Translations under genes and position numbers: made by a program
Source: a virus
Strand: one strand, 5' to 3'
DNA: 64,000 bases
Virus record (IMG/VR): IMGVR_UViG_3300042465_007464
Span: 45,601-109,600 of that record
Notes under the pieces: generated by a model
What the model was told of the DNA's origin: nothing
The model's database searches: none
What the model saw: only the letters and a program-made list of their open reading frames with translations
Shown here: in pieces, positions 31,501-41,506 of the stretch
Layout: the number at the start of each line of letters is the position of its first letter
How positions within the stretch are numbered: position 1 is the stretch's first letter

Positions 31501-32003
31501 GTTTCGAAATACGGACTTGATGTTTGTTTGACCGTATTGATGTAAGTTGAAATTTGTTTTAAGAATGTAGGATTATTATCATCGATAGCACGTAAACGTA
31601 CTTCCGTGCGATCTGGAGAAATTTCATCAATTCTTAAATATTGTTCTTCATAACTACCAATTAAATTTTTAAAGAAATTAATTACAATTCCAAAATTTCC
31701 TGAAGTTAAATTTAAACTTTCGAATTGTGTGTATAAGTCTATTGCGACTGGCACAGATACATATGTAATTTCAGCACCTGTTTTTTTATCGCGATATGTT
31801 GGAATATTTTGTACTAATGGCGTTTTATGTATACCAGTAATCCACGTATCTTCTGCATATACGTGCATTTCAATTCGAGAATTGGTAGTTTGTTGTACAA
31901 TGCTAGGATCTACAATTCCAATGTTAGTTGTCAGAAACTGCGATTTTGCCGGCTCTATACGAGCTGGAAATGTTTTAACGATATTTCTTAGTTGTTTTGC
32001 CAT
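28596..32003 (-). CDS. Large baseplate structural protein
   Basis: 1135 aa; KSKGT.RS wedge-like motif; LamG-like LQELRLW segment. Confidence 0.65.
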   Translation of the reverse strand: MAKQLRNIVKTFPARIEPAKSQFLTTNIGIVDPSIVQQTTNSRIEMHVYAEDTWITGIHKTPLVQNIPTYRDKKTGAEITYVSVPVAIDLYTQFESLNLTSGNFGIVINFFKNLIGSYEEQYLRIDEISPDRTEVRLRAIDDNNPTFLKQISTYINTVKQTSSPYFETYLLNFSRNRTATYVNSVVVGDYLYVKLKQPLDDTIAVDFKCWVVLEQKAPYVDTVTISTRSEETKYNKLANPNWQANYSYDTSAATGFKTWNQLLGSSTQTSQQIVDTYFSGSLSGIKLNIDYSDFNNFIFYSSATERLANFRYKLELLEYYASQRSAILAISGSVATTNAADYANQRTNLISGFDAFEQYLYYQSGSSNLTTYDAPHPSPNVATVTGSYILPVPKTNTTYPYTLVATTTSTFDAWYNALYETASLYDSLNNNQLINAIPEYMRLDELNLDLTTFVNMLGHHYDIIYTYINHMTQINKREENPKLGMPNELLYSVAKQFGWNLTNGKQSADLWKYILGTDENGTPLTGSNSVKGSSLPGNEQTYAVWRRIVNNLPMLLKSKGTKRSVQALLSCYGIPQSFISINEYGGPRIERAPVYQKLNFDYALDAIKNPSGSVTVNYTKPIQSVELRFRLDNVVTNPTMSSKMNLYTIGSNTIDIDFASGTLGKFQINGTASANMEMFDGGWISTVLRTNGTNLDFVAKRSKYGKIVAAVSASATASFASTSTLTLASSSVGYSRIQGQLQELRLWTSSLQDAAFNNHVKAPAAYDGNANSYDELIFRLPLTENINHNATSSLTGIQPVSSNISASFVGWTNTYPYDSIEETYYYDAVSLGSGTHDDNKIRIEDNELIGPLDVITRAERSQFDKAPLDSNRLGVYFSPQTMINEDIFAQFGYISLDEYVGDPGTVNEKSYPELQQFAQTYWKKYSSRNDINAYINMFILFDLSFFKQLEQLLPARANKLTGLLIQPNVLERSKDTILLDVSYEVDSYNMNTVVIDMVPTASSEYSTYDAEITKITSLTGYDDDQLQGYLTGSRYSGFTYTRTSLIRSGSTWIEADTPYWINEVLAPVITGSVARGLQPTGLYRSKFAGTRISSPAFNVVSKQTIDGGPVVEWRNIKGTQLFYQPQGGKGNIGKK

Positions 32004-32007
32004 TATG

Positions 32008-33033
32008 TTATTCTATAGGAAAAAATTTATTTTCCGATATCGTTCCTGCATTATTATTAAATTTAAACTTTTGTCCCGTAGCAAGTGTTTTTTGTCCAAC
32101 TTTTGGGCCTCTGCCTTGCAAAGCAGCCCCACGACCGTTTGATTTGAATAGTACCGTATCATCGCCTATCATCCATATACCTGCATTCTTTTCTGTATTA
32201 GCAGGATACCACCCAAATAAACATGGACTGGTCGGTGCATCTACTACTTCAATGATCCAATATGCTGCATCGTTTAATGAATATGCAGTTCTTCCAGCAA
32301 CTACTTCAATTAAGTAAGTATCATCCGTAACAACATCATTCATATCTACAAAATATTGAAATTGTATAGTAGGATATTGTCGATTAGGCGAAAATCCATA
32401 AGTATTAGAATCTCCTGGATATTCTGCTGTGTATAATACTACTTCTGAATGAAATGTTCTAGGCGATTTTTTATTTCTGCGTTGAAATAATAAATTATAA
32501 CCAGTAGCTTTGCCATCTACCGAAGCATCGACTCTAAATTGAGTTTGTATAGTAAAACGAAGCGTTTTTCCTTGTTCGCGTAATGTGTCAATTGTTTCTC
32601 TAGTTAATGTATATGCGTTAGTTGTAATTTGATTAGCATAAAACCAAGGCAATTCTTTATATCCGCTTGATGAAGTTATGCCATCAAAATACCACCATAA
32701 TGATGGAGATATAGTATCTATTCGTTCGTATGGTTGCGGTTGATTTCTACTATCTACGGGTACGGGTAAAGATAATTCCGTTTTAGGTATTGTTTGTTCG
32801 AATTCAGCAATTGCCAATTCGTCTGTTGCCGTTACAAGTGTTGTAACTGGAAATTTAAAATATCGAAATTGTGTATCTAAAACTCGCAATGCAGACTTAG
32901 TAGTAATTTGATTAGTTACCGGATCAATTAACAGTAATGGATTATCTGTTGCTCCTTCTTGCATTGCAATATTACCTGCTGCATCTCTAGGAACGATATT
33001 TGGATCTTTTGAACTATTTTTAGTTTGTGCCAT
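32008..33033 (-). CDS. Hypothetical structural protein
   Basis: 341-aa ORF in the baseplate cluster. Confidence 0.55.
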   Translation of the reverse strand: MAQTKNSSKDPNIVPRDAAGNIAMQEGATDNPLLLIDPVTNQITTKSALRVLDTQFRYFKFPVTTLVTATDELAIAEFEQTIPKTELSLPVPVDSRNQPQPYERIDTISPSLWWYFDGITSSSGYKELPWFYANQITTNAYTLTRETIDTLREQGKTLRFTIQTQFRVDASVDGKATGYNLLFQRRNKKSPRTFHSEVVLYTAEYPGDSNTYGFSPNRQYPTIQFQYFVDMNDVVTDDTYLIEVVAGRTAYSLNDAAYWIIEVVDAPTSPCLFGWYPANTEKNAGIWMIGDDTVLFKSNGRGAALQGRGPKVGQKTLATGQKFKFNNNAGTISENKFFPIE

Positions 33034-34151
33034 TATCTAACTACTTTAAAATAAACTTTATCGTCTACGTATTGCTCCATGAATCCATCTTTGATTTTGA
33101 ATTCTAAACGATAATATCGTTCCGGCATAAACCCGTTCATATCAATATGAATGTAATTACTGGTGCTATCGCAACTTAATTTATTATAAATATTATCGTA
33201 CGGAATAATGGCTTCATCCGTAGCAGCATCAAATACTGCGTAATACGATGATGTAGGAAGATATTTAACTGTTTGTGTAGGGAATAGATTGGTAGGAGAT
33301 TTTCTCGGATATTTGTCTCGTGCATACACCCTAATTTTAGCAATCTCAGTATCTTTATATTCAGGTTTTACTTTGCTGTAAATTAAGTATGATTCAAGAT
33401 CAGCCTGTGTTAATGATCCTGTTGTAAATGTACTGTTATCCCAATATGCTGTTATTTTAGGAACATATATAGTATGCGTATCTCTACTAAAAAATCTTAC
33501 ATAACCAGACACATTAGGATCTAATTCATCTGTGTCAGAAAATTGTAGTAAGAAACCATAATTAGGTATAGATGCGCCACCACTACCACTCAACCAAACT
33601 TTTACAGCAGCCGTAACATCCATATTAATATCAGTTGTGCGATATGAAAATGATTCAGATGTAATTAGTCCCGCAGTGCTACCATTCGATGCTGATTGAA
33701 ACATCCACGAACTACCAGTACCGCTACCTGATATGTATAGTGTACTAGTACCAATTCTTTGTTGTTGACTCGATGATATCCAAGAAGATCCGGATTGCGG
33801 ACCATTCCAAGTTACACCATCTGTTGTAGTCGCAGCTTCATATCCGGTACCATTTTTCCATGTTTCGCCTACTAATTTAGCATATATTGCATATTCAGAT
33901 GGCAAATTTTTTGCGTGTGTAGTATATAATTGTAACATGAACTTACAATCATTTACCGTTTTTCCATATGTAGACAATGATGCAGAAATTTCAGACATAT
34001 CAAATTTGATAAGACTTCGAGATTTTAACAAAGTCTCCCCTTGCGTGTCTAAACGTTTTCCGATTTCTAATACTTCATCTAAACCAACGTTGCCATCCGG
34101 TGTTGTTTCGTATAAAGTGGCATCTTTTTCTGCATAAAATATTCTAAACAT
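33033..34151 (-). CDS. Virion structural protein (DNRLRE-like)
   Basis: KDATLYE, SRSLIKFD, NYGFLL, FFSRDT. Confidence 0.6.
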   Translation of the reverse strand: MFRIFYAEKDATLYETTPDGNVGLDEVLEIGKRLDTQGETLLKSRSLIKFDMSEISASLSTYGKTVNDCKFMLQLYTTHAKNLPSEYAIYAKLVGETWKNGTGYEAATTTDGVTWNGPQSGSSWISSSQQQRIGTSTLYISGSGTGSSWMFQSASNGSTAGLITSESFSYRTTDINMDVTAAVKVWLSGSGGASIPNYGFLLQFSDTDELDPNVSGYVRFFSRDTHTIYVPKITAYWDNSTFTTGSLTQADLESYLIYSKVKPEYKDTEIAKIRVYARDKYPRKSPTNLFPTQTVKYLPTSSYYAVFDAATDEAIIPYDNIYNKLSCDSTSNYIHIDMNGFMPERYYRLEFKIKDGFMEQYVDDKVYFKVVR

Positions 34152-34161
34152 TTATTTTCCT

Positions 34162-36042
34162 TTAATAATTAACTACGCGTCCTCTAATATCACTGTTTGG
34201 AAATTTTATTTCAAATATGCTTGGATCTAGAGATGGATAAATAATTCCGGTTTTTGTAGCACCTTTTAAATCGTAAGTATTTCCAGAATATCCATCTGTA
34301 GTTTTATATAAATTTTTGAAATTAACTGCAATTACACTTTGTACGCCTTTAATATTTGCTACGGTAGTAATTACATCCGTTTTGATTATAGGTTGGTTGA
34401 TTTGCCAACGATCCGTATCGAAATATGTTTTCAATGCATCAATACATTTTAATAAAACTTCATTGCTATTGTAATTTGAAAGAACTGAAATTTCAAAATC
34501 AATTCCAAAATTTATGATAAATGCATCTTTTATATTTACGGCATCTGTTAAAATACGATAATAATCTAAATACGTTTTGAGATTTTCTTTAACTGCTTGA
34601 TTCAATTCCGTTAATTGTTTAGAAGCATTGTAGCCTAATACATATAAATTTAACGCATACGGATTAGGCACGCGTGCTTGTTGAAAACTTTGTTGAGAAA
34701 TTTGGTCATCGGGTACTATATATGCTTTTGCAACACTACCAAATTTTGCTGGCATTGAATATGCACGAATTATGTAATCTTCTCGAGTTACTAAACGATT
34801 TTGAGTTGCAAAATTAGCTAATGCATTATTTTTAATATCTTGCAACGTGTCTGCAGTTTTTCCTCCTGTTGCTGGAACACTATTAGAAGCAGCTATTGTA
34901 CTTTTAACAAAATTTACCATAGCACCCGCAGCAGTAGTATTAATATCATCATCGTATAAGACTAATTTTATATCAGTTAATACGCCGCTTGGAATATTAT
35001 CAGTTATACCATTTCCGATAGTATACGTTACAGTTAATGTAGTATTTGATGGAGCTTGTCCGTAAGTTCTAGTATATAAAAAATTTGACGGATCTAAATC
35101 TACATTAACTTCTTTTCTAACTCCCGATAAACCATTACCTACATTGGTAGGATTTGGAACTAGCTCTTCATCATTGTTATCAGATATACCAGCACCAAAT
35201 TGTAGTTCTAAACGATTATCGCTTCGTAATCTAGTAATGAATCGTTTAGCAGTTTTCTTCATTTTAAGTAAACTAGGAGCAGATGCTCGATATTGTGATA
35301 AAGTTGGATCATTTTCTGCCAAATTCGGAACTGATTCAAAAATAGTATCTTGTGCTAAATATGGAACTTCATACCAATTATCGCCATCTGATTCAGTTAT
35401 CGAAACAATTTCAATTACATTAGTTTCTGGTAAAACAATTTTATCGTATGCAACTGGAGTTGTAAATGTATATGTTGCAGTTTTTACTTCACCTGAAACG
35501 GCTTTAACTTGTTTTTTCAATAAATAATACGTAGGTTGTTTAGTAGCATCATCAGTTTGATATACGGTAACTTCCGTTGTATTTATAGAAGATGAATATT
35601 TGAAATCAACTGCATCTAATGTTCTAAATATCGCAGCACCATTATTTTGTTTTACTTGCATTCCCGGTTTTATCGACAATGCATACGTATAATCGGGACG
35701 ATTAGATGTACCAGTACCAATTGATGGAACTAATTGAAATATATCCAATGTTACATATGCAGGAACTGCATTTCTTGCTGAATAACCTAAAGAACGAGCC
35801 AAATCATAAATATTTGAACGTTCCGTAGCTTGTTCTAACATAGATTCTTTTAAATTGGTATCAGCATAATATGATAGTACATCACCAACATACGCAGCCA
35901 ATTCAATAAACAACGTACCTGGAGATGAATCGCTAAAATCAGTATAAGTGTTCGGAAAATACTGTTTAGTAAAATCAATTAAGTTTTTTCTAAACTGACC
36001 GAAATCCTTATTTACATATGTTACATCTTTTTTTACGTTCAT
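34162..36042 (-). CDS. Baseplate wedge subunit (gp6/baseplate J-like)
   Basis: KDF..FRKNLI, ELAAYVGDVLSYY, FATQNRLVTREDY. Confidence 0.85.
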   Translation of the reverse strand: MNVKKDVTYVNKDFGQFRKNLIDFTKQYFPNTYTDFSDSSPGTLFIELAAYVGDVLSYYADTNLKESMLEQATERSNIYDLARSLGYSARNAVPAYVTLDIFQLVPSIGTGTSNRPDYTYALSIKPGMQVKQNNGAAIFRTLDAVDFKYSSSINTTEVTVYQTDDATKQPTYYLLKKQVKAVSGEVKTATYTFTTPVAYDKIVLPETNVIEIVSITESDGDNWYEVPYLAQDTIFESVPNLAENDPTLSQYRASAPSLLKMKKTAKRFITRLRSDNRLELQFGAGISDNNDEELVPNPTNVGNGLSGVRKEVNVDLDPSNFLYTRTYGQAPSNTTLTVTYTIGNGITDNIPSGVLTDIKLVLYDDDINTTAAGAMVNFVKSTIAASNSVPATGGKTADTLQDIKNNALANFATQNRLVTREDYIIRAYSMPAKFGSVAKAYIVPDDQISQQSFQQARVPNPYALNLYVLGYNASKQLTELNQAVKENLKTYLDYYRILTDAVNIKDAFIINFGIDFEISVLSNYNSNEVLLKCIDALKTYFDTDRWQINQPIIKTDVITTVANIKGVQSVIAVNFKNLYKTTDGYSGNTYDLKGATKTGIIYPSLDPSIFEIKFPNSDIRGRVVNY

Positions 36043-36044
36043 GA

Positions 36045-36503
36045 TTAACCTCTATATTCTAATACTTGTTGTACATTCAATGTGCCAGATTCATTGGCGT
36101 TTATTTGCATCATATATATTCGTTCGCTATTCAATGAAAATGTGATAGTAACTTGTACATCATTTGCAATTGTAGGATCTTCATACGACGTTTTACTATC
36201 AATTGAAACTAAATTAATTTCCGGTATCCAACGATTTACCGCATCTGAAATAATTTCATTGATATCTTGTTTTAAAAAATCATTGCTTGGCTCGAATATT
36301 ACATCTAATAGTTTTGTACCAAATGTAGGATTATTATATCGTTCTCCAACTCTAGTTAGTAGTAAATTTTTTAAATTACTTATTACTGCGTCTGCAGAAG
36401 TACGCGTTGATACAAATACAGCCGATCCATTGAAGTTTGAACTAACTCCAATTGAATTATCATTAGAAACATTATCATCTACAAGCTGTATTTTATATGC
36501 CAT
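36045..36503 (-). CDS. Baseplate wedge gp25-like protein
   Basis: NLKNLLLTRVGER..PTFGT.L..FEP. Confidence 0.85.
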   Translation of the reverse strand: MAYKIQLVDDNVSNDNSIGVSSNFNGSAVFVSTRTSADAVISNLKNLLLTRVGERYNNPTFGTKLLDVIFEPSNDFLKQDINEIISDAVNRWIPEINLVSIDSKTSYEDPTIANDVQVTITFSLNSERIYMMQINANESGTLNVQQVLEYRG

Positions 36504-36988
36504 TATTTGCCTTTCTTAGCATCAATTGCTTTCATTAACGCAGAATAATCACGTGTCATTGCCGCAGCAACTTCAGGTTTAACTTCATAAACTTTACCAG
36601 TTTCAGGATCTTCCATTACTTTAGGAGTTGCAGTAGGTTGCATCATGTTTTGACGCATTACGCCGAATCCTATAGCATCTCGAGATGTCATTCGAATTTC
36701 ATCCATACCTTCTGTCATCATGTCTCGAAAATTACTCATTGGTTGGTTTTCACGAAGTGGCTCAGTTTCATTAAGAATGTCTGCAAATGGAGTATCTGTA
36801 AATACTGCAGTTGATTTTTTTCTTGAAGGTGTAACTGTTTTAGAAACTGGCTTTGATGATTGTTTCATTTCAGTAATTGTAGACTGTAATCCTTCTTGCA
36901 AGATTTCAGTAAGTTCTTGCTTAATTGCCATTCGTATTTCTTCACGAATAACTTTTCGAAGAATTGTTGCAAATGTTTTTGAATCCAT
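36503..36988 (-). CDS. Hypothetical protein
   Basis: 161 aa; C-terminal TRDYSALMKAID. Confidence 0.6.
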   Translation of the reverse strand: MDSKTFATILRKVIREEIRMAIKQELTEILQEGLQSTITEMKQSSKPVSKTVTPSRKKSTAVFTDTPFADILNETEPLRENQPMSNFRDMMTEGMDEIRMTSRDAIGFGVMRQNMMQPTATPKVMEDPETGKVYEVKPEVAAAMTRDYSALMKAIDAKKGK

Positions 36989-37016
36989 ATGTACTTTTTT
37001 TATATAAATATTGTAA

Positions 37017-37874
37017 TTATAAATTTACGGGGTCACCCCAAGCATCAATCGCAGGTTTAGGTCCATAAATCTTATTATTAGTTATATTAATGTAATAATC
37101 GCCGACTTTACCTAAATCAGCCGAAGGAATTCCAGCTTGTTGATATACTTTGCTAGGTGCTTCAAGCAACGACGTTAATAAATTTTGTTGTTGTTCTAAC
37201 AATTGTTCTATAGTATCGGATCTTTGTTGTAAATCACTTTCAGACACATTAATATCTTTATAAAATTCAGTAGGAACTAAATCATTGTAATCAGTATTAC
37301 CATCGGCACCTAAACTAGTATCATCGAATGACCCAGATGGCAATGATATTGCATCTACATTTCCATTACATACAGCTGAAATTTTTTCTAAACTAGCAAC
37401 TAATGGTGGAGATATTGTTTGCAATTTTGATGTAATAGAACCAGGAACTGTTGAAAATTGTTCTAAACTAGATAACGCATTAACTATAGTAGCATCCTGT
37501 ATTGCCGTTAATTGCGTTGCTATGAATAGCGGCGCAGTTACTGGATTAGATAATTGTGCAATTGCAATTGAATTTTTAATAGCAACCGCAACTTTTACAG
37601 CAGATTGTATTTTATTAATAGTTTGTTGTATTTTAGGAATTGCTGTTTGTACGTCTGTAATTTGTTTTTGTATGTCAGTTAACTGTTTTTTAATTTGTTG
37701 AACTCTAGGATCATCACATTTCGCATCAGCTGGTAATTTTATAGAATCTTGCACAGTTTTTGATACATCTTGCAACAATTTATCTGTTTGTTGATCAATT
37801 TGTTTCATTGCGGCACTCACAGCTTTTGCTGGAAGTTTTGGTATAAAATCTAATGGTGGTACTATTGCACTCAT
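37017..37874 (-). CDS. Coiled-coil baseplate/tail-associated protein
   Basis: C-terminal G.P...G..GDYYIN.....IYGPK motif typical of tail fibres. Confidence 0.55.
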   Translation of the reverse strand: MSAIVPPLDFIPKLPAKAVSAAMKQIDQQTDKLLQDVSKTVQDSIKLPADAKCDDPRVQQIKKQLTDIQKQITDVQTAIPKIQQTINKIQSAVKVAVAIKNSIAIAQLSNPVTAPLFIATQLTAIQDATIVNALSSLEQFSTVPGSITSKLQTISPPLVASLEKISAVCNGNVDAISLPSGSFDDTSLGADGNTDYNDLVPTEFYKDINVSESDLQQRSDTIEQLLEQQQNLLTSLLEAPSKVYQQAGIPSADLGKVGDYYINITNNKIYGPKPAIDAWGDPVNL

Positions 37875-37883
37875 AACTTATCC

Positions 37884-38891
37884 TTAATATGTTTGTTTCT
37901 TTATAAAATATTTGGAACTTAATAATTTTTGTAGTTGAGTTTGTGCACTAGTAACATTTGATTTGTCAATAAATGTCCCTGTCATCGTTCCGCATTGTAT
38001 TGGAGAATTTAGTTGATTAATTATTTTTTGAAGTATAGATAATAATTCATCTCCATGCACCATGGATTGGTTAGCATCATCAGCTCCTACTTTAATTTCA
38101 CCCGTTGTGTTTAAAACGATAGCTTTTGGAGAATCGATAACTGCAATATCTGTTTTTGCTTTTAATATGATTCTATCTGCAACTGCAATACATTGTGATG
38201 ATTGATATTGAGATTCCGATGGTAAAAAACAAGTTAATGGATTTGGTTTATTTGATTCGCCTAAAAGCAATGTTGGTATGTTTTGTTTGCTAGTTAAATA
38301 AATAGAAGATGCATCTCGTTTAACATCTTCAACGATAAATTGTTTTCCTATAGCAGATTCCGGCGAATTTGATATTATTATAATAGGATCTCCTGCATCA
38401 TTACCTGACCAACTAGGTTTCTGATCATACGAATTGGTAGTAGTTATAGTGCTACCTAATCTAATAGAATTGCCCCAACGACCTTCATATAATATATCTC
38501 CTTTAAAAGGCTGTAATGAAGAAACAACTCGTTCAGGTACTGTAGAATCCGCTTCAAATGTGTTTGAAGTAGTAGGCAATACATTGGAATTAACGGATGA
38601 TTGGATTCCTATAGGAGTTAAATAATACCATTGACGTCGTTTTTTAGCAAATGATGTGGTATGATCATATCCTTGGAATATCAAGACATTTTCACCCTTA
38701 ATTGGTATTTGTTTTGAATTGTTAGATGCCGGTTTACAATTTATAATTTTTTCATTGTTATGTTGTACAATTTTAACGTCAATTGCAAATAATTCATTCA
38801 CATCGGAATTATCATCTTTACGTTTATACGTGCTAGCACCATTGTCAATTACTTCACCAAAATAAAAATTAATTAAACCAACATCAAGCAT
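37884..38891 (-). CDS. Baseplate hub/spike (gp5-like) protein
   Basis: GD..YEGRWGNSIRLGS, SSIYLTS, DRIILKAK. Confidence 0.6.
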   Translation of the reverse strand: MLDVGLINFYFGEVIDNGASTYKRKDDNSDVNELFAIDVKIVQHNNEKIINCKPASNNSKQIPIKGENVLIFQGYDHTTSFAKKRRQWYYLTPIGIQSSVNSNVLPTTSNTFEADSTVPERVVSSLQPFKGDILYEGRWGNSIRLGSTITTTNSYDQKPSWSGNDAGDPIIIISNSPESAIGKQFIVEDVKRDASSIYLTSKQNIPTLLLGESNKPNPLTCFLPSESQYQSSQCIAVADRIILKAKTDIAVIDSPKAIVLNTTGEIKVGADDANQSMVHGDELLSILQKIINQLNSPIQCGTMTGTFIDKSNVTSAQTQLQKLLSSKYFIKKQTY

Positions 38892-39318
38892 CAGCGTCCT
38901 TTTCTAACTTGCTTTTAGCTGTTGCAATTTTTTGTTCCAATTCTGTATCTTCTGCATCAAATGAATCCAGTTCATCTGTCAATTCGTCTGTCATCGTTTT
39001 TTCTGCCAATTTAAGAAGTTGATCTTTTTCTTCATCACTTAGTAAACCGTCAGCACCAGATATAGTTTGTTTGGTGGAAATATATCGTTGTACAATCGAA
39101 GTTAATTTAACAAGATGATCGTCATTTTTAACTGCAACATCTAAATATTCTTTAATCAACGGAACAATGACAGTAGCATCAGATGCATTGCGTATAAGCG
39201 GTTGCAACTGAGAAATTAATTGATTGATCTGTCTATCTTTCTTTTTAGAATTATGATAAACATCGGACATTAAGTCGGCAAAACTAGTTCCTTTGAATAG
39301 TTCATCATTTTTGTCCAT
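38884..39318 (-). CDS. Hypothetical protein
   Basis: 144 aa; IVPLIKEYLDVAVKNDDHLVKL. Confidence 0.6.
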   Translation of the reverse strand: MDKNDELFKGTSFADLMSDVYHNSKKKDRQINQLISQLQPLIRNASDATVIVPLIKEYLDVAVKNDDHLVKLTSIVQRYISTKQTISGADGLLSDEEKDQLLKLAEKTMTDELTDELDSFDAEDTELEQKIATAKSKLEKDADA

Positions 39319-39342
39319 AACGCAAATCCTTTAATATAAATA

Positions 39343-40047
39343 TCAAAAAGGCAGATTTACGAAGTTTGATTGTTCATATTCAAGAAATTTGGTTTCGTAG
39401 ATTTGTTTGAGAGTTTTAATAACTCGAGTAATGTTAGTAGTTTCAAGTCCCGTACGTTCTCGAATAAAGATATACAACGCTTTTTTGTTGAAATCTTCAA
39501 TATTTTCACGCGTTTCAAAAATATGTAAAACTGAATCAGCTACGTGGATATCCGTTGGATTTGTAAAAATGTAATTCAAATTATCATAACAATAATCAAC
39601 ATATGCATCCATAAAATATTGAAGCGTTTCTTGCATTTCATCGTTATGTATCTCAATCAACACGTTACGCTGTTCATCTACATCTAATTCTTCTCTGTCA
39701 TTTTTTAATTTGCTATATGCTTTTTGATTTTCAGCAATTAGATAATTGAATGACGTTCTAGTATAATAAGAATATGCCTTTCCTGCTTCAGGATTGAATT
39801 TTCTTAAACGTTCAGTTAAGAACGTAACTAAATCGGTTTGTAAATCTTGAAATGAAGAATCAATATAAGTAGGTTTTACTTTGTTAATTAAGTTTTCCGT
39901 TAATTTCATGAAAGCCGGATATATGAATCGTCGATATATTTTTTCACGTTTAATAGAATCTTCTTCAATTCGATTATATGCCGATATTGCAAGATCCGTT
40001 ATTTTGGTAAAGTAATTGTTACTTTTTTTCTTCGCTCGCTTCGCCAT
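39343..40047 (-). CDS. Late-transcription sigma factor (T4 gp55-like)
   Basis: NYFT; KFNPEAGKAYSYYT...NYLI region-2-like motif. Confidence 0.7.
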   Translation of the reverse strand: MAKRAKKKSNNYFTKITDLAISAYNRIEEDSIKREKIYRRFIYPAFMKLTENLINKVKPTYIDSSFQDLQTDLVTFLTERLRKFNPEAGKAYSYYTRTSFNYLIAENQKAYSKLKNDREELDVDEQRNVLIEIHNDEMQETLQYFMDAYVDYCYDNLNYIFTNPTDIHVADSVLHIFETRENIEDFNKKALYIFIRERTGLETTNITRVIKTLKQIYETKFLEYEQSNFVNLPF

Positions 40048-40327
40048 CGAATGTTTCTTTAAGTTCGGTTATTGTTTGCAAAAGCAATTTGAATGTGGTT
40101 CCTGCTTCATCTTCGGCTTCGAAAGATCCTAAACGATCTATCTCTTGCATTGTATTGTATGAATCTACAATTCGGGTATACATGTAAGTGTTAGTAACTT
40201 CTAATTCTTCTATGTATTCTTGTGCATCAGCTACAGAACCAGCTAAATAATAGGCTCTATATCCCAAATACCCTGCAACTGCAATGCTTACTATCAATAA
40301 AAATATAAGTGCTATAATCATAATCAA
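40019..40327 (-). CDS. Membrane-anchored hypothetical protein
   Basis: N-terminal TM helix. Confidence 0.55.
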   Translation of the reverse strand: MIMIIALIFLLIVSIAVAGYLGYRAYYLAGSVADAQEYIEELEVTNTYMYTRIVDSYNTMQEIDRLGSFEAEDEAGTTFKLLLQTITELKETFDGEASEEKK

Positions 40328-41109
40328 TCTTCGTTAAATGCTCCGAAAATGCTAGATATGTCATTCAATGTTTGTGCAACATCTGGATTTGAATCCGCTA
40401 AATTCTTTAATCCGTTACTTTTTGTCATTTTTGACTTTTCAACTACCGGAGCTGGAGTTGCTTGTTTGAAATTTCTCCAACGTTCATATTCAATCTGAGA
40501 TGCCATATGATCTGCATGATGCAAAAGCAATGGTAAATTGGTTTTCAATTTAGCTTGTGCGGATCTTGCTATGAAATACGGCTTATTAGCATCATCATAC
40601 ATTCCGTCGTGGATTCGAATTGCTTGATATTCATTCCAAGACGTTTTAACATCGTATTGTTGTAACAGCCAAAGAGAAAGATCTGGCACCATTGTGAACG
40701 GAATACTTTCATTGTGTTTATACATTTTGTTTTGATTCTTGCGATGCCAATCTGAAGTTTCAACTTGATATACTTCATTACCATCACCCGGAAAGCCCAT
40801 TTTACCTAAGTCATGATGCATTGCCGCAAATAACAGTTCTTCTTCAGTATAACCAGACATATCAGATCCTTGTGAACGCCAAGTAAAATGTAATGCTGTA
40901 GCACATTCTATTACTCGAAGTATATGGTCTACATATCCTCCGGCAAATGCATTATGAAAATGTGCAACTGATGAAGCCGGCATAAATATCAAGCGTTCTT
41001 CAAAATCATCATACATTCGATTCAATGCATCTTTACGGGTAGGAAAACTAGTATTAACAATTTCGCGATACTTTTCCCAATTCGATTTTATTTTTTCTGC
41101 TTCTAACAT
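40324..41109 (-). CDS. HD-domain phosphohydrolase
   Basis: PAS...HNAF.GGYVDH, HHDLGK, HDG, HHAD. Confidence 0.85.
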   Translation of the reverse strand: MLEAEKIKSNWEKYREIVNTSFPTRKDALNRMYDDFEERLIFMPASSVAHFHNAFAGGYVDHILRVIECATALHFTWRSQGSDMSGYTEEELLFAAMHHDLGKMGFPGDGNEVYQVETSDWHRKNQNKMYKHNESIPFTMVPDLSLWLLQQYDVKTSWNEYQAIRIHDGMYDDANKPYFIARSAQAKLKTNLPLLLHHADHMASQIEYERWRNFKQATPAPVVEKSKMTKSNGLKNLADSNPDVAQTLNDISSIFGAFNED

Positions 41110-41138
41110 AAATTCGTTTTTATGTAAAATATAATGAA

Positions 41139-41300
41139 TTACTTGCGTAACTCCAAAACTTTACCATCTACTAGTTTTTGAGTGCATTCCCAACATGTAA
41201 TGGCTGTTGCTTTTTCATCGACGCGTTCAGATACGTTCTCACAATATTTACATTGCAGACGTTTAAATCCTTTTGCCGGTTGGTGTTTTGATTTTGACAT
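41139..41300 (-). CDS. Small zinc-finger protein (53 aa)
   Basis: Manual translation: MSKSKHQPAKGFKRLQCKYCENVSERVDEKATAITCWECTQKLVDGKVLELRK. Confidence 0.65.
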   Translation of the reverse strand: MSKSKHQPAKGFKRLQCKYCENVSERVDEKATAITCWECTQKLVDGKVLELRK

Positions 41301-41476
41301 TATCTTTGTGTAATTACTCGTTTCAATTCTTCTAGTTTTCTCATTGCAATGAACAAGTTGTTTAACGCAGCTTCTTTGTCTATCGTTCCCGTTTCAATTG
41401 AACGTCCTAAAATTCTGATAACTTCGATTACATCATCGATTCTGTCCGTAACTGGTGTGTTTGTGTTTGTTGCCAT
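41300..41476 (-). CDS. Small hypothetical protein (58 aa)
   Basis: Manual translation MATNTNTPVTDRIDDVIEVIRILGRS...; AAGGA and the late motif upstream. Confidence 0.6.
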   Translation of the reverse strand: MATNTNTPVTDRIDDVIEVIRILGRSIETGTIDKEAALNNLFIAMRKLEELKRVITQR

Positions 41477-41506
41477 AACTTTATTTTTCCTTTATTATAA
41501 ATATGT